From assembly GCA_028023455.1 (NCBI GenBank), contig JAQFVV010000001.1, positions 27,218,001-27,282,000 of the forward strand: a stretch of DNA of 64,000 nt. Reading direction: 5' to 3'. Shown here piece after piece: positions 13,700 through 28,448 of the stretch. The translations under genes were made by a program, and so were the position numbers. How positions within the stretch are numbered: position 1 is the first letter of the stretch; every line of letters starts with the position of its first letter. The notes under the pieces are model-generated. The model saw nothing but the letters and a program-made list of their open reading frames with translations, had not been told where the DNA came from and made no database searches. This DNA comes from Epiperipatus broadwayi (lineage: Eukaryota; Animalia; Onychophora).

Positions 13700-16500
13700 C
13701 AGCGTAAAGATTTATTTATTTTTCTTATATCAATAGTTGTTCATTATCAACACAAGAGGGGCAGATACGATGATTTGATTCATAATTTAATTTCTTGCAC
13801 ACCCAAAGTCGTACCAAAGCCCCCCCCGGCGGTGGTGCCTTCAAGACTATTTTCGGCAAAACACAATATTAACCAAGAAAAAAAATCATTGGTTATTATT
13901 ATACGAAGTGGTTGAGGCATTATTAGAATAAACAACTAGACGCTTATAATACACCCCCTTTATCATACAATCCAATAGAATTATTTATACTAGCTCTATT
14001 GACATTTACTTATATTTATTAATAATAGGCCCCCCCAACTTGTTAACTACTAATAAGTAAACATCATGACTCACGGCACGGTTATGAATGAAATTAAAAA
14101 AAGATAAAAATAAAAATATAAGAAAGACAAATTTAAAAATAAAATAATTAATTGCATGAATAAATGCTAACACTAATAATAACTTCAAAAAAATTATATT
14201 TAATTATAGAAAATGATTGGGGAGATGCTCGACTAGTTTAGATAAAAAAATTTTTTGATTATAAAAAAATGAAACATTGATTAATAGCTTTATTTGCACG
14301 CACATAGCGCACTCGCACTCAGAAAAGAACATATTATGATAATAAACATGGCTGATAAAATATATTTCCTCTTTTACATTTTGAAAGGGGGTGTATAATT
14401 TACTGCGAAAGAAAATAATTAGGATCAAAGTTCTAATAAATTCCTAAGTGTGAGATAAAATAATAAGGTTTAATATATGAGAGATTACGGATCATTTTAT
14501 ATTTGTTTTAGAAATTAATTAATTATGAGATTGCCATTTAAGTTTACAGAAAGAGTAAATGGAAGCATTATAAAAAATGTTTACCTAGGATTGCTTAGCT
14601 TCTGCTGTTCTAATTTGGTGACGGTTCGAACCTGATAGATGATGTTTCCATAATACATGGTTATTCATTTTTGTAAGTCAATGTTAAAAAAAACTCAGGG
14701 GGTATTGTTGTTGATCATTCATAGCTGTGGAGTGTTCTGGGCGCGCGTCAATCACTAAGGCCCAAATTAATTCACAATGATCATATTGATAAACCGGATA
14801 CAAAAAAAAAAAGAAATCTATTACGGGACATCATAAGCAAAACAAAACAAAGAATGTAAAAAGACTTTTTCTTTAGATTTAGATTCATATTTATATGGGT
14901 TGGTTATTATCTGAGGATCGAATCTCCACCCAGAGTTCAATATTCTTTGAGTTGTCATTGGGGTCCGTGTCCTACGTAATGTCCACTCAATCCATATGCT
15001 TGAGGCAATCTTAGGTTTATGCAATCTCATATTACAATCTCAGTTAGACAAATTCATACTTATTCATACCTTTTATGCATACATGTGTGCGTGTTTTAAG
15101 AGAACAATTTAACTTACATTAGTTTAAAAGTCGAGCATTTAATCTGTCTCCAAATCACTTCTATAAGCTTTTAACTTTCACTACAGTTATAATCTAAAAT
15201 AAAACCCCTTTTAATTACCCCCGTGGCATATACAAGGAGAAATCACTTATTGAGATTTAAAATGGCATATTAGTAGTATTTTATATTTTACTTTTTCTTT
15301 CTTTTTAGAGAATATTATTATAATAGATTATATGAAAGCCTTAACTATTTAATCAGAAATATTAACATTTTATTTTACAGTGTATTTTATAACGCATTGA
15401 AAGAAAACTACATTTATTTTTTATCATAAGTTGAAAGTGAAAGAAGAGAAAAAAATATAGAGTGTTTACATTGCTCGTGTGTGTGCGTATATACCTGTAC
15501 CGACTTTGTCTCGGTACAATATATATATATCATGAACAGCTTTCATTTCTATACTCTTATTGATAGTATCTTATTTATATGTGTATCATAAAAGTGACTG
15601 GTTGTCTTTATAGCTTTAATTTACTTATAATCAAGTTATCATATCTTCTGTATTTTATCCTTTTGTATTATAAATGTGATTTATGTAATTTTGGAGCTTT
15701 AATTTATTTACAATGAAACACCAATATTTTCTGTATTTAATCCTTCAACACTGTATTTACAGAAGGTTCAAAAATTTTGTCCATCTTACTGTACATCCTT
15801 ATGGAACAATAATTCTCTCACAACAAGGAAAGTAGAATATTTAATTAAGTAATCTCAGATTCATTAATTTGCTTCTCTAATTGTACTTTTTAATTTTGTG
15901 AGCCATTGAATTTAATGGTGTATCTTAGGTAAGTGTATATAAAACAAATGTAACAAACATATCACCAACAATATATTAATCAGATAAATAATAGTTTTTT
16001 TATTGAGCCTTAATCTACAACAATTTTTTTATAATCGTAATGTCTCTCAATTGCCTTTTAAATAAATATATTACATTAGAGATTGTTATATTATTATTAG
16101 TTATATACAGACTTTAAACTTGATTAAACACCAATTCATATCAGCAGCTTTTATATTATAACCTTTTACCAATCAATACGCGTGAGGAATATTAAATATT
16201 AATAAATTTGACCGTTCATATTAGAATATTAATAAGATTCAAATTAAATTTATGAGGATAAAACTTTGCACAGTATAAGTATTTAGCTTCTACAAATTTA
16301 TAATAAATAAGTAAACAATGAAAAAAAAAAATTCGATCGTAGGCTTTTTTATTATTTATAATTCATTTCAATTGTTCCTATAGCCTTATTTAAAATAACA
16401 GACTAAAGATGATGTTCTAAAAATAATCGAGGATGACTCATAAATAATAAAAAAAACATACAATTAATTTTTTTTGTGTGTGTCATGAATTATTTTCATT
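13700..16500. promoter_or_regulatory. CpG-retaining island, probable promoter/5' region of an unidentified host gene
   Basis: CpG density is visibly much higher than in the flanking TE DNA (gcgcgcgt, ccggcgg, etc.). Splice-donor-like sites at 14584 (minus, AG|GTAAAC) and ~15931 (plus, AG|GTAAGT). Confidence 0.4.
14585..14658 (-). CDS. Candidate first coding exon (MYYGNIIYQVRTVTKLEQQKLSNP), product unknown
   Basis: ATG in ACCATG context, open to the AG|GTAAAC donor, inside a CpG island. No recognisable homology; it could be 5' UTR. Confidence 0.25.
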
Positions 16501-17229
16501 CTTTAGATTATAATATGTTCACGAAAGAAGAGAAAGATATAAAATATTCATGCATGTATGTATAAAGTTATATAAATATTTTTGCAACATGCATTCAAGC
16601 TATATAGAGAGAGTATGTCTATATGTTTTCAGTGATATAATTTAAATATTGAGTAATATTCTTTCAATTTTATACGAGATATAATTGGACAAATTATCAA
16701 ATTTCATATTTTAGAAAATTTAAATCATCTCACATATTTCCTTCTTTGTTACATCGTCTCTTTTTAATAAATTAAGCAATCTATATGATAAAGTATAGAG
16801 GCTTTTACATATATTTATTCAAAATAGGTATTATGATTCTATAAAATATGTGTATAAATTTATATATTATAATGAAGATTTTCGCAGTTATATGACGAAA
16901 ATAAAATCTAATATTCTTTAATTCATACACAATCATAATAATCTCGTTATTACTTGGGACAAAACAGTTCTTACAGCTTTTAGCATTGACAAGAATGCGA
17001 TTTCACTGAAACATTGGCAATCTATTCAAAAACATTAATATACAATATGACTAAAAAAAAGATTATATATGTCATTATCCTATCAAGTTTAATCCAGTTG
17101 CTTTGATACTAATTTCTCTTCACAACATAACACAATAAACTTCTTCACCTCATTAATTCATTTCACATATGATTTTTCTCTCTAGCTGCAATGTCTGACT
17201 AAACAGTTTATATATATATTGGAAAGTAA

Positions 17230-17730
17230 TGTAAATAAAATCTTTATTTTTATGTATATAATAATCAGACAGGAAGTAAGTAAAAAAAAATTACAAATAG
17301 AATTACATTGTAGAAAATTAGTAATGCAAATATGGCACTTATACAAAAATATACTAATAAGTAAATTACGAAATTGAGACTAATTAAAAAAATCATACAA
17401 ATTATGTAAATTAAAAATAATTATGCAGAGCAAATAAAACTACAGAATTTGCAGTGTGTGCATGCGCACTACTGTTTAATGCACACTGAGGAGAAGCCAT
17501 ACAGAAAGATATCATAGATTAAAGAATGCAAAAAGATGTATAATTACTTTTGAATTTGAACAATCAGCAAGCAAGCTAGTTATTATACTAAAGATATATA
17601 TATATTAGTTATACGTATATAAAGTAAAAAAAAATCTTGTTAAATTATTTTTGGTATTATGTGTTTATTTCAAATAACATTTTAGATGATATACAGCTTG
17701 AAAATATCAATATTGCCCCTGTATATTCTA
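17230..17730 (+). repeat. 5' LTR of Gypsy element 1 (~500 bp)
   Basis: Collinear with 21441-21940 (ccatacagaaagatat, agttattatact, aataacattttagatg, gtatattc). Confidence 0.8.
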
Positions 17731-20253
17731 GAATGATGCAGTTTGACAGTTCATGAAATCTGTAGATGTATAGCAGACTGCTAGTGATAATACTGAGAAA
17801 TTAACAGAAAGTCAACATGACACTACAAAAGAGCTCCATAACTGAGTTTGATGTTAACAACACAGCAGGATGGCAGTTATACATTGCCCATACAAAGCAA
17901 TGGCTGTTTATTAGCAATATAGTAAATAAATGTAATGAAAGTTGCAATACTACTGTGGATAGATTGCAAACTGACTATTGACAGAGAAGTTAAACATATA
18001 ATTTAAGCCTACATCATATAGTGCATCTATGCTTCAGAAATAGAATCCAATCACCATGTTAAAACATAAAAGATTATATGTCGGATATTGTATGTTCATG
18101 AAATAATGCAATTTTAGATCTGAGCTGGAAGATATGTTTCTAATCAATAGTTGTGGGCTATGAGTGATAGTAAGTTCAAAAAATATGTCTGAGTAAAACT
18201 GCATTAATGAATGCCAAAAGCTACAGTAAAAGGAATAGCTTAAGAAGCTATCTTAGAAAACACAATAGAATTTTAAAATGTCACTGATGTAAAAAAAAAA
18301 ACTACATATATTGGTAAATAGAAAGCAAGCACAAATTGCAAACTACACGAGTATGGTGAATACTTGAATGTGTTATTGCTGTGTGAGTAAAGACCATGTT
18401 ACATACTATAATTACAGAGTTTAAGCACATTTATCATGAGTTTGTTCATATAAGCAGAAAAAGAATAATGATTTATGATCAGACTGTAGATTGAGAGGAG
18501 GAGTCTGCAAAACACAAACTAATATCAAGAAAGTAAATGAAAGTGATGTAAACTAAAATCTACAGGATGCAAAAATTTGAGCAAAAAGAATAAAAATAGA
18601 CAATGGAGAAGATGTATCTTTTGTTTCAAAAAGAGATTGGATCATAATAACAAAAAATTGTAATAGTACGATAACTATAAATAAAACAGACTTAGTAGCT
18701 ACAAACATAAATGGAAATCAGATTTATATTCCAGGAATAGTAACAATACCAGTACATATAAATATGACATTAAAAAATGTATTGCTATACATTGTATCAA
18801 ATGATTTAAGCCAAATTCTAGATCAAAACTGTTCAAATTTTTAGAAATAAAAATAATAGTCTAGATAAAATTTGAAGTCTGGAATAAATTTTCACAGCTG
18901 TTCAAATTGGGTCCATTTGAAATTTAATATATAACTGGTTGATATAGGGCTAATGGATAATATTCAGCCTATTACTTGCAGACTGTGGAAAGTTTCTTTC
19001 ACTTTGAAAAATAAGTAGAATAAATCTTTAAAGATTTAGTTAAGAGATGTGTGATTGCTCCTGTTGAAGAGTCAGCTTGGACAAAATTTATTATAGTAAT
19101 TTTAAAACCTGATGGAACAGTTTACTTATGTGGTGATTATCATGCAACTGTGACCAGATATAGAAATAAAGATGCATACTAGTTACCAAGTGTTTGAGAG
19201 ATTTTAGCTTCCTACTTCATTAAAATTGATCTCCTATCAGAGTTTTACAGATTCTAGTTACATAAAGAACAGCCAAACTCTTAACTATTAACACACTTTG
19301 GGACTATTTAAATAAAACAAACTGCCATGCAGAATAAGTAAAGTTTCAAATATATTTCAAGCCAAAATTGACAGTCTGTTGCAATAAATGATAGGAGTTA
19401 TTCCTTATTTGGATGCCATTCTAATTGGAGAAATGGGAAGTGAGTTCTGTGCATGTGTGAAAAGTTGGAAAAATTTGGAGAGTGTTTTAATATCAATAAT
19501 TGCATATCAGCCACTAGAAAAATTGTTCTTAGGACATATTATTGATAAATGAAAATATCCAAAACTGTAGAAACTAAGAGCCATAAAAAATGCACCTAAA
19601 TAAAAAAAATGTCAAGGACTTGCAAGCATTCTAAGAACTATTGAATTTCCTGAAGGAAAACCCCATATTGCAATTCTATGAGTTGTTGGAGAAAAAATTA
19701 AGGAAGTGAAGTGTTGAACAAGACATAGTGTTCAAGAAAATAAGAGTTGCTAACATCAAGTCAACTTCTAGAATAAGTTTAGATGCTTCAGACTATGGAG
19801 TAGGTACTGTAATTTCACTTGATTGTATATGCATCCAAAATCTTAGCAGCAGCTGAAAAAAAATTATAGTCAGCTTGATAAAGAAGCTTTCACTATAATA
19901 TTTGCAGTGAAGAAATTCACAAAAAAGTGTATGGATGTGCATTCAAAATATATTCAGACTATAGACATTTATTTGGAATAATGGAAAAGATTAAAAGAAA
20001 TCTGAATTATGCTAATAAAAGAATAATTTGATGGATAGATATATTAGTTTCATACTATTTTAAACTAATGTATGAGCCTGGGATACAAATTACTCATGCT
20101 GACCCTTTATTAAGAATACTGGATACAAGTGAATATGAGTCACAATATTGAACAATGCAGTTATGTCAAGCAGACAAAACTGGTTCTCAATACCAATTAG
20201 TTAGAAGATGGATTAAAGACAGATGGCTTCAACATCTCAACCAAATTAAATAG

Positions 20254-20361
20254 TTTTTTTTTCATATGTCATAACATCGGCTGGGATGCGAACCCACAAC
20301 TGTCTGCAACCAACTACTTGCTTGCATGGTGGCTACGATACCTCTTGGCTAACAACGCAAG
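20254..20361 (-). mobile_element. tRNA-derived SINE inserted in Gypsy pol, with 14-16-bp TSD
   Basis: TSD accaaattaaatag(tt) at 20240 and 20362. The minus strand has A-box tagccaagagg, B-box ggttcgcatccc and an A-rich tail. Confidence 0.85.
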
Positions 20362-21440
20362 ACCAAATTAAATAGTTGAGCCTATATGTAACATCCACAA
20401 GATTCTATTCATCCATAATGACTACATTTTAATGTCAGACCCCATATTGATTCTGATGAAAAAAAGGAAATGTGTATGAAATTTAGTACCCAAAGGACAC
20501 TCCAGAAGAATCAGAGCTCATGTACATGATGGCCTGGCCACAGGCCACTAAACCATGGCAAAGGATCCATATGAATCACACTGGATCTTTCAATGAACAT
20601 AAATTTTTTTAGTTATCATTGACTCTTATTCAAAAATGGACTGAATATGGGGTGATGAAAAATAAGATTGTGGAGACACCATAAAAGGATTAAATGAATT
20701 GTTTGCTTGTCACGGCTATTCAGAAAGAATCATTTCTGATAATGGTGCTGAATTTGTGTAGTGACATTAAAAGAGTTTTTAGCTAGCAATGGGATTATCA
20801 TCCTGAGTTAAATGAACAACCTGGAAAAGCCTTGTGACAATTAAAATGGACATTGAATAAAATGCAATATCAAAATATTCATGAAGCTTTTACAACAGCT
20901 ATGCTTTACCAGCATTTTCATGTTGAGTACAGTTATCAGAAAAACATCTGTGGTAATGTTAATGAAATGGAAAATTCATAATGCATGTCTCAATATTGAT
21001 CCCTAATAAGAGAGAAAAAGGAGCCAAATTAAAAAAAAAAACATGAAGTATGATATTGGAAGAGACAAACAGGAATGGTATCAAAGGTGTTGTGGAAACA
21101 AATATGCACAATACAGTTGACAGATGGTAGAGAAGTCAGAAGGCACTCCAACCATATTAAAAGCTGATCAATTAAACAGAAGTGAAATTTCATTTGCTGC
21201 TGATGTGATACATCTGATGAAAGATGAATATGAAAAGCATAACTGGGTGTTCAAGTGAAAGAGATGCTTAGTACTGAAATGATTGAAGAAGTCACCGTGG
21301 ATTTATCCAACCAAGAGTAGATTGGGGATGAGTGACTGGTACCCTCTACTATCTCCTAGATGAACTAGAGAATAAAAAAGACCAGATAAATTTAAAAACT
21401 GTGCTTACACATAAATGTCTGACTATATTTAGGAAAGTAT

Positions 21441-21940
21441 TGTATATAAAATCATTATAATTATGTTTACAACAGTCAGAATAGGAAATAAAAAAAAACC
21501 TAAATAAAGTTTACTCTTTATAATATTAGTAATGCACATATGCTGATAATACAAAAGTATGCTAATGAATAAAGTATGCATATTGAACTAATTAAGCAGA
21601 TCAGGCAAATTTTAAAATTAAAATTGTGCAGAACAATAAAACTTGTAGAATTAGCTGTGTTTGTGTACAAAAATAGTGGGTGTTTTATGCACTCTAGGGA
21701 AAAACCATACAGAAAGATATAGTAGATTAGAGAAATCAAAAAGATTTTCTATTTGTAATTGCCTTTAACTTTCAACTTTGAACAACCAGCAAACAAGTTA
21801 GTTATTATACTGAGAGTATGTATTTTAGTTATACATATATACAGTTAATAAACTCTTATTTACTGATGTTATGTGCTTACTTCTAATAACATTTTAGATG
21901 GCTATATACCTGATGTTAATATTATCCTTGGTATATTCCA
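21441..21940 (+). repeat. 3' LTR of Gypsy element 1 (TG...CA)
   Basis: Starts tgtatataaaatc after aggaaag and ends gtatattcca. Matches the 5' LTR. Confidence 0.8.
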
Positions 21941-21989
21941 CTAGGTATTAAAATTGCTTTGGGATCCAGTTTAAGACTTTAATAGGATA

Positions 21990-23200
21990 TCTATTGTCAT
22001 TTCTTTTAACATATTGTTAAAAACTCTATCTTGATTTCAGTTCTTTCAATGACATCAATAATACCTGTTTATTTTTGTATTCACATATCTCATTTTTGAT
22101 CCCTTCTAATTGTTCCTATAATACATTTCTTTATAGTTTGTGCTGCATAGTTTGTTTGCAGCTTGAAGTATTGATAGTGCTCTTCTATTAAATGTCCAAA
22201 TTTCAGATCCATAATTAAGAATTGCTAAAACATTTATAGAAAAAAAAAATTCATTTCAAGCATATAGTCATATTTTTTATTATTACTATTAAGTTAATTG
22301 TACAAAAACATTCATATGAGTTTTATTCCATGATTATTTGCCTATATTTAAATTTGTATAATATGACTAAGAGATTTATAATTGTTAACTTCTAATTCAT
22401 TACTATCATCTTTATTATCTTCTTTTTTTGAAAAAGCATAGAATATTACTTTAGCCTTTGTTTAGCATTCATTTTTATTCCCATTTTTTTTTTACCTTTA
22501 CCTGAGAACTCTTGCAACATTTTCTAAAACTCTGAGGTATTATTTTCAAGAATTACCATATCATCTGCACAATCTAGCTTTTCGTTTTAATCCACAAAAT
22601 ATTTTCTCTAAAACTGATGTAAAAAGTTTTGGAGAAATGGAACCACCTAATTCTATACGCTTTTTCAAAATTAATCCAGTCTTAGTGTTATAATGTAGAT
22701 TATTTATTGCTATTTCATGTTGATAAAACATCTGGTATATCTGTATTATTCACATATTTAAATATATAGCTTTTCCAACATTTTTCCTATTTTGCCAATT
22801 GATTTTTTTAAAATATATCTTTAAAAATTCCATCATTTCCTCTAACTTTTCCATATTTTATAATCTAATTGTATATCTCACCTCTTCATTTAATATGATT
22901 GGCATTTACAAGATATCATAATTGTAGGAGCTATTTTGTTTTCTTAATCATTATTATAGTTTCTTGTACATTTTTTTTATATATTTCATGATGCCATCTT
23001 TCTTTCTAGTCATAATACTATCCTTTTTTATGTGTTTATATTTTCTGAGATTTTATTTTCTATGGCTTCCCTTGCCACTTCACAATTATACTCTTTTATG
23101 AAGTTAATAAGTTTTTTTATTGTATATTCAATTCTAAAATATTTTACATTCTTCTTTTCTTCATACAACTGTTTTATTTTACTTGAAAATTTACTTACTA
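21990..23200 (-). mobile_element. RTE-1-like LINE RT remnant
   Basis: Minus strand ISPKLFTSVLEKIF ... ADDMVIL; homologous to 25560-26930. Confidence 0.75.
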
Positions 23201-24998
23201 ATGAATTGCTATTTTATTGTACTAGCTAGCTGCATAATAATTCTTAAAAGAATATCAGTTAGTTTCTTATTAATTTCATTCAAACTTGATTAATATTTTA
23301 AAATAATTTGCAAATTCTAATTTAAATTCATTGGAATATTTCCGAAGGTTAAGAATATCAATGATTTATACTATACTTCTTAATAACTTTTGTTCTCTAA
23401 TTTTGCATTAGTTTATATCTTTTAGTATTAACATACACCTTATATTCTCACTAATCATAGATAACATCCTGCATTAAATTTATTAAGTATATTAGTGTTG
23501 AAACAATATTTTTAGTAGTCAAAATATAATCCAATTCTACTGTACTTCATTTATATGCGTTCATGTTTATTTCCATTTTGATTTTTCTCGAATCAAGAAG
23601 TCAAAATATATATATTTCTCACTAATTCCATAATTTCATGACCCCATATGCATATGCTACATTTTTTTTTTCAAAACAAAAAGTCAATATATATATGTGT
23701 GTGTGTGTGCTGAGTAATTATATTCCATAATTCTATGTTACTTATTATTTTGATATGCATAACTAATTTACTCAGCATATTCATTTTTCAATTGTTTTCT
23801 AATTATAATAATAAAATTTCCTAAGACAATTATAAAATATTTCTTTTTCTGATCTAAAACTTTTTGTACTCTCAACGTACACATTCTGTAATTATTTATC
23901 ACATTGATTTTTGTTGGGGCATAAATCTGAATTTCTCTATTTTATGTCTTCCATTCTATATATTATACCATCAATATTTGCAAGGCTATTTTTCCATCTT
24001 TGACTTATAATGAATCATAGCCCATATATTTAAATATATATCCACTTTTCAGATCAATTACAATTTCATCTTTCCTTCTAATTTCACAAAATCTATATTT
24101 TCTTTAATATTGGACAGTTCTTTTTTTTCCAATTCATATATCTTCCATCATTTGAAATAATATATAATCTTGAGCTTAGTAAATAAAAATACATCATTGT
24201 GGGTAGTCTAAATCTGCAAGAAGTGAATTCTTTGCCTTCAATTACCAATCACTGCTTGGGATAATGACTTTACAATCTCCAGAAAATGAAAACAATTATT
24301 TCAGATTTTTCAACAACGTTTACATAAAGAAGTAATTGTATTGACTGGATAAGTATACTGGTGAGCAGCTTATCCATAACTTGCTGTAATGTGTATAAAA
24401 TGGACATTAAAATTTTGCTCTGCTCAGTTTATTTTAAGGTTTCAAACAATAATCAAAAGCTTTCTTTCAATTAATAGTAAACTTCTTATCTGTAACTATA
24501 TATAAAATTCAGAATGATGTTATTACAACATCTTTTTTATTTAGGGATATAGAAGTGATAGTGTCCTGATTTTTTTAAAGTTGTTCTTCAATATCAAATA
24601 TATTGTTATTTTTAAAGATATTGGATTTATTAGCTGCAATGTAATGAAATTTATAATACAATGATGCTATAATCTGCTTATCTCATAAAAACAGAATATA
24701 GTATATGGCAATAATAAATTTGAGATGATCAAGTGATTTACAAATGTTTAAGGTTATAAAACAAACTTGTTGCAATGATCACCAAATGATCTAAATTATA
24801 AGAATCCAGTTATGCATTAATTTAAAAAATGAATTATTATAAGATAAATGATTTGTAAAATGAACAAGAAATACATAGAGAAAAGATCATGAGAAATCAT
24901 TAGTATATCTTGCATGGTTTAATATAGTGTTAGAGAGGTGAATTTGCCAGAAAAAGATTCATGGATTGCAGTTTGTTCCTGACACTTGTTTAAATATC

Positions 24999-25049
24999 AA
25001 ATAATCTCCCCAAGTGACAAATAATAAATAATCTCCCCAAGTGACAAAT
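24999..25049. repeat. ~27-bp tandem duplication
   Basis: aaataatctccccaagtgacaaat occurs twice. Confidence 0.85.
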
Positions 25050-25559
25050 CAATTATTTACTTTTGATCTTGGTAAACAATGTCTGATATAAAGCTAATAG
25101 CATTACTATATCATACATTTATACTTTGAAACCATTTGAATATCTAATCAAACAGGGCCATTGCATAAAGATTAATATATACTAATACAATGAAAGCTTT
25201 GATGATCAACACCATAATATAACTGACATCATTTTATACTTGTGTTAATGTTGTAGTTCTTATTGACTGAAACTAATTTATATGAAACTGTATAATATGA
25301 GTTTTGATTGATCAAGCAGAAAACTTTTTATTACAATGGAACTTGTTCTTAATAGCTGACTTTTTTTATAAAAAAAAAATTAAATTATTATTCTTCATAT
25401 AAAATAAATCTTCAACTACAAGCAATATATAATTAGCAACAACAAAAAAAAAAAACTACAAGAAATGGCAAATTACTACTAATGGTGTTCTAATGTTATA
25501 GTGTTCTATTACCTGCTTATTCTTTCTGACTTTAGCACTCTATCACCTGCATATTCTTC

Positions 25560-26930
25560 CTGACTTCTTTATCAATTCACTGCAAGATGGAGGTGTTTCA
25601 AAATTGATTCCCAATCCATAATCTCTTTTCTTCATATTATACCAATACATTTCCTTATTCCATCCATCCATCTCACATGTGGTCTCACTGTAGGTCTTTT
25701 AATCCAACTTAAGATTTCAACTGTTCATCTATTATCTCTTATAGCAACATGTTCAGTTCAGGTCCATTTCATACTTTTAATTCTTTCAATGATATCTGTT
25801 TGTTCTCTTTTCCAAGTATTTCACTTTTAATCTTTCTTTTTATTTCCAGCATACACTTCTCCATATTTCTTTCAGTGGTTTAACATCTCAATTTGTTATT
25901 CTATTAAGCATCCAAGTCTCAGATCCATAAATAAAAAATGGTAAAATATATCTATTAAAAACTTTCCTTTTCCAATACTTAGGCATACTTTCTATTCTAC
26001 CAAAAATAGACTATTCATGTTTAATTTTAAGGTTAATTTTATATGTTATATTTCTATTTGTGTTAATAATTTGACTAAGATATTTATAGTTGTTAGTTTC
26101 TTTTATATTCATCTGAGGAAATCCACTGAACAGTAAATTAGGCTTTTGAGATCCATCTTTAATCCTACTTTCTTACTTTCATCTGATAACTCTTCAAACA
26201 TTTCCTAAAGTTTTGAAGCATTTCTTGCAAAAACAACTATATCATCTGCAAAATTTAGAAAATTTAATTAATTTCCATATATTTTTATTTTTTGTTAGTT
26301 TTAATTCACAAAATACTTTTAGTAAAATTATTATCAAAAGATTTGGAAATAAGGAGTCATACTATTATGCTTTCTTCCAATTGTTAATCTTCTTAGTATG
26401 ACCATGTAATTTAATCACTACTGTTGCATTTTGATAAATATTCTTCAGAATATGGCAACTCCTGGTCTAAATGTTGGTGATTCAAAGTTTTTATCATCAT
26501 AGAAATGCTTATAGATTGACATGTATTTTTATAATCTACAAATCTAAAGCATAATATTGATCAGTTCTTTCTACAACTTCTCTCAATATTTGGATGTGAC
26601 CCATGTAATAAAATCACTTTTAAATGCAATTTATTTTTTTAGTTGATTAGAATCCAAAGTCAGTTATAGATAATTTGGAATTATCTTGGTAGATTTTGTA
26701 TGGAACTATGAGAAAACTAATAGACATGTAATTTCTAATATCTTTTTTTATTACCTTCCTTAAATACCATCATCTGGTATGTCATTATCACTTAGACATT
26801 TTTTATTTCTTCATCTGCTTCCTTTAAGATATTAAGAATAATTCCATCATTTCCTACAACTTTTCTCTTCTTCATAGATTTAATTGTGTGCATCACGTTA
26901 TTTAAAATTCGGGACAAGTTACAAAATAAT
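25560..26930 (-). mobile_element. RTE-1-like LINE RT remnant with 3' end
   Basis: Minus strand DSLFPNL..., FADDIVV, C-terminal KRPTVRPHVRWMD (RTE KRxxGRPxxRWxD). Confidence 0.75.
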
Positions 26931-27083
26931 ATCTATACATATTAAAATGCATGAACAGTTTATCATTTTAAAGTAATGTTATTACCTATGTAAAGTAAGA
27001 AATTAACATTATATTAAAATATAATTAAATTTTTAAAATGTAATAATAATCAAATATATACTTTTATTAAAAATAACATGTGG

Positions 27084-27475
27084 TTAGAAGAGATTTGAAC
27101 TCAGACTTTTGAGCTCCTTCCAGTCACCCACTCCAAGTTATACAACTAGGACATATGAATACATATATGTCAAAAAGATAAATAATCTCCAATATACATA
27201 TTTCATGCTGAAACAATAGTCATCAATTAGTCCAGATCATCATCTCACACACACATATGTATAGACAATGCACAGTTTATATTAAGATAGCACTGATTAT
27301 ATGTATGTATGGGAGATGATGATCCAGACTAACAGATGAATACTGGTTCAGCAAGAAATATGTATACTGAAGATCATTTATCTTTTTCACATGTATGTGG
27401 TCATGCATATTGGTTATATAACATGGAGTGGATGAGTGAAGGGAGCTTGAAAGTCTGGGTTCAAATCCCCTCTAA
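27084..27475. mobile_element. Full-size MITE of family A (~390 bp, ~175-bp arms, TA-flanked)
   Basis: Near-palindromic: gatttgaactcagacttt...aagtctgggttcaaatc; aaagataaataatctcc / gatcatttatcttt; catttcatgctgaa-like / ttcagcaagaaatatg. Confidence 0.85.
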
Positions 27476-28448
27476 TTGTATTTAGCTTAAGTATATATAC
27501 TATACTTGTATTTAAATAAAAATAATAAGTTAAATAAAGTTAAAGAATTTTTTAAAATGTAAAGAAGAATTGTATTTTTATTTATTTATTGATGAATTGT
27601 CACTGAACTTTTTCATTTTTAACAATCATTTTTACTTAAACTGTATATACTACTAATTTTTTAAAAATATTAAAATACATATTTTCTACATATAATTAAC
27701 ATTCATACATTTAAATAAATTTTCCAACTTTTAATATACGGTATCTAGATATAACAATATATTTATATTTCATTATTAATATTTTATGATTCTAAAACTA
27801 AAAAAAATAATAATAAAGAAATTTAAGTAATTCGTTATAGATTGTATGTTATATGTGCACCTTATTGGTATGTATTCTTAAAATATATCTTTCCAAAATC
27901 CTAAAATGCATGAAATACTAGGATAACAAGAATTACAACTTGGATCATTCAGAATAGTCGTTGCATAGGAAATTCAATTCTTTGTAATCCATGATATATA
28001 TATACACACATACATGTGTTCGCATATTATATTTATTTAAACAAAAACAAAAATAAAGTATGTTTTTCATTTATTCATTACTATGGCATCTCTTGAAAAT
28101 AAAATTAAAGGCACATTATTTTATCCAATTTTTAAGCTTCTGCCAAACACTTGTATTTAACCCTTTAATCCAATACTACTGAAAATTAATTAACATTCAA
28201 TGGAGAAAAAATGAAGTCACTGTGGTTACACTATAAAGTAGTAAAATAATTTCGATATTAAATTTTAAGTCTGCTTAAGATAGTAAACGTTGTTTGTTTT
28301 CATTTTCACTCGGATTTCTTCTATGTTGATTATCGGGGATACAATGTTATTTGAATAAATTCATTCAAATTGAGCGTCAAAATTAATAGAAAAAAGATCA
28401 TGTAAAAAAAAATTTTTTTTAATATTGCGGAGATAATCTAACACCTAC

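Larger units (their letters stand above)
17230..21940 (+). mobile_element. Ty3/Gypsy LTR retrotransposon, near full length but decayed
   Basis: Direct repeats 17230-17730 and 21441-21940. gag start MTLQKSSITEFDVNNTAGWQLYI; RT KPDGTV.LCGDY and YLDAILI; RNase H LDASDYGVG and YSQLDKEAF..IFAVKKFH; integrase KPWQRIH and ISDNGAEF. A purine-rich tract precedes the 3' LTR. Confidence 0.9.

Noticed and set aside
14821-15030. 69-aa ORF as a gene
   Set aside because: No motif, splice logic or homology; more likely UTR or promoter sequence.
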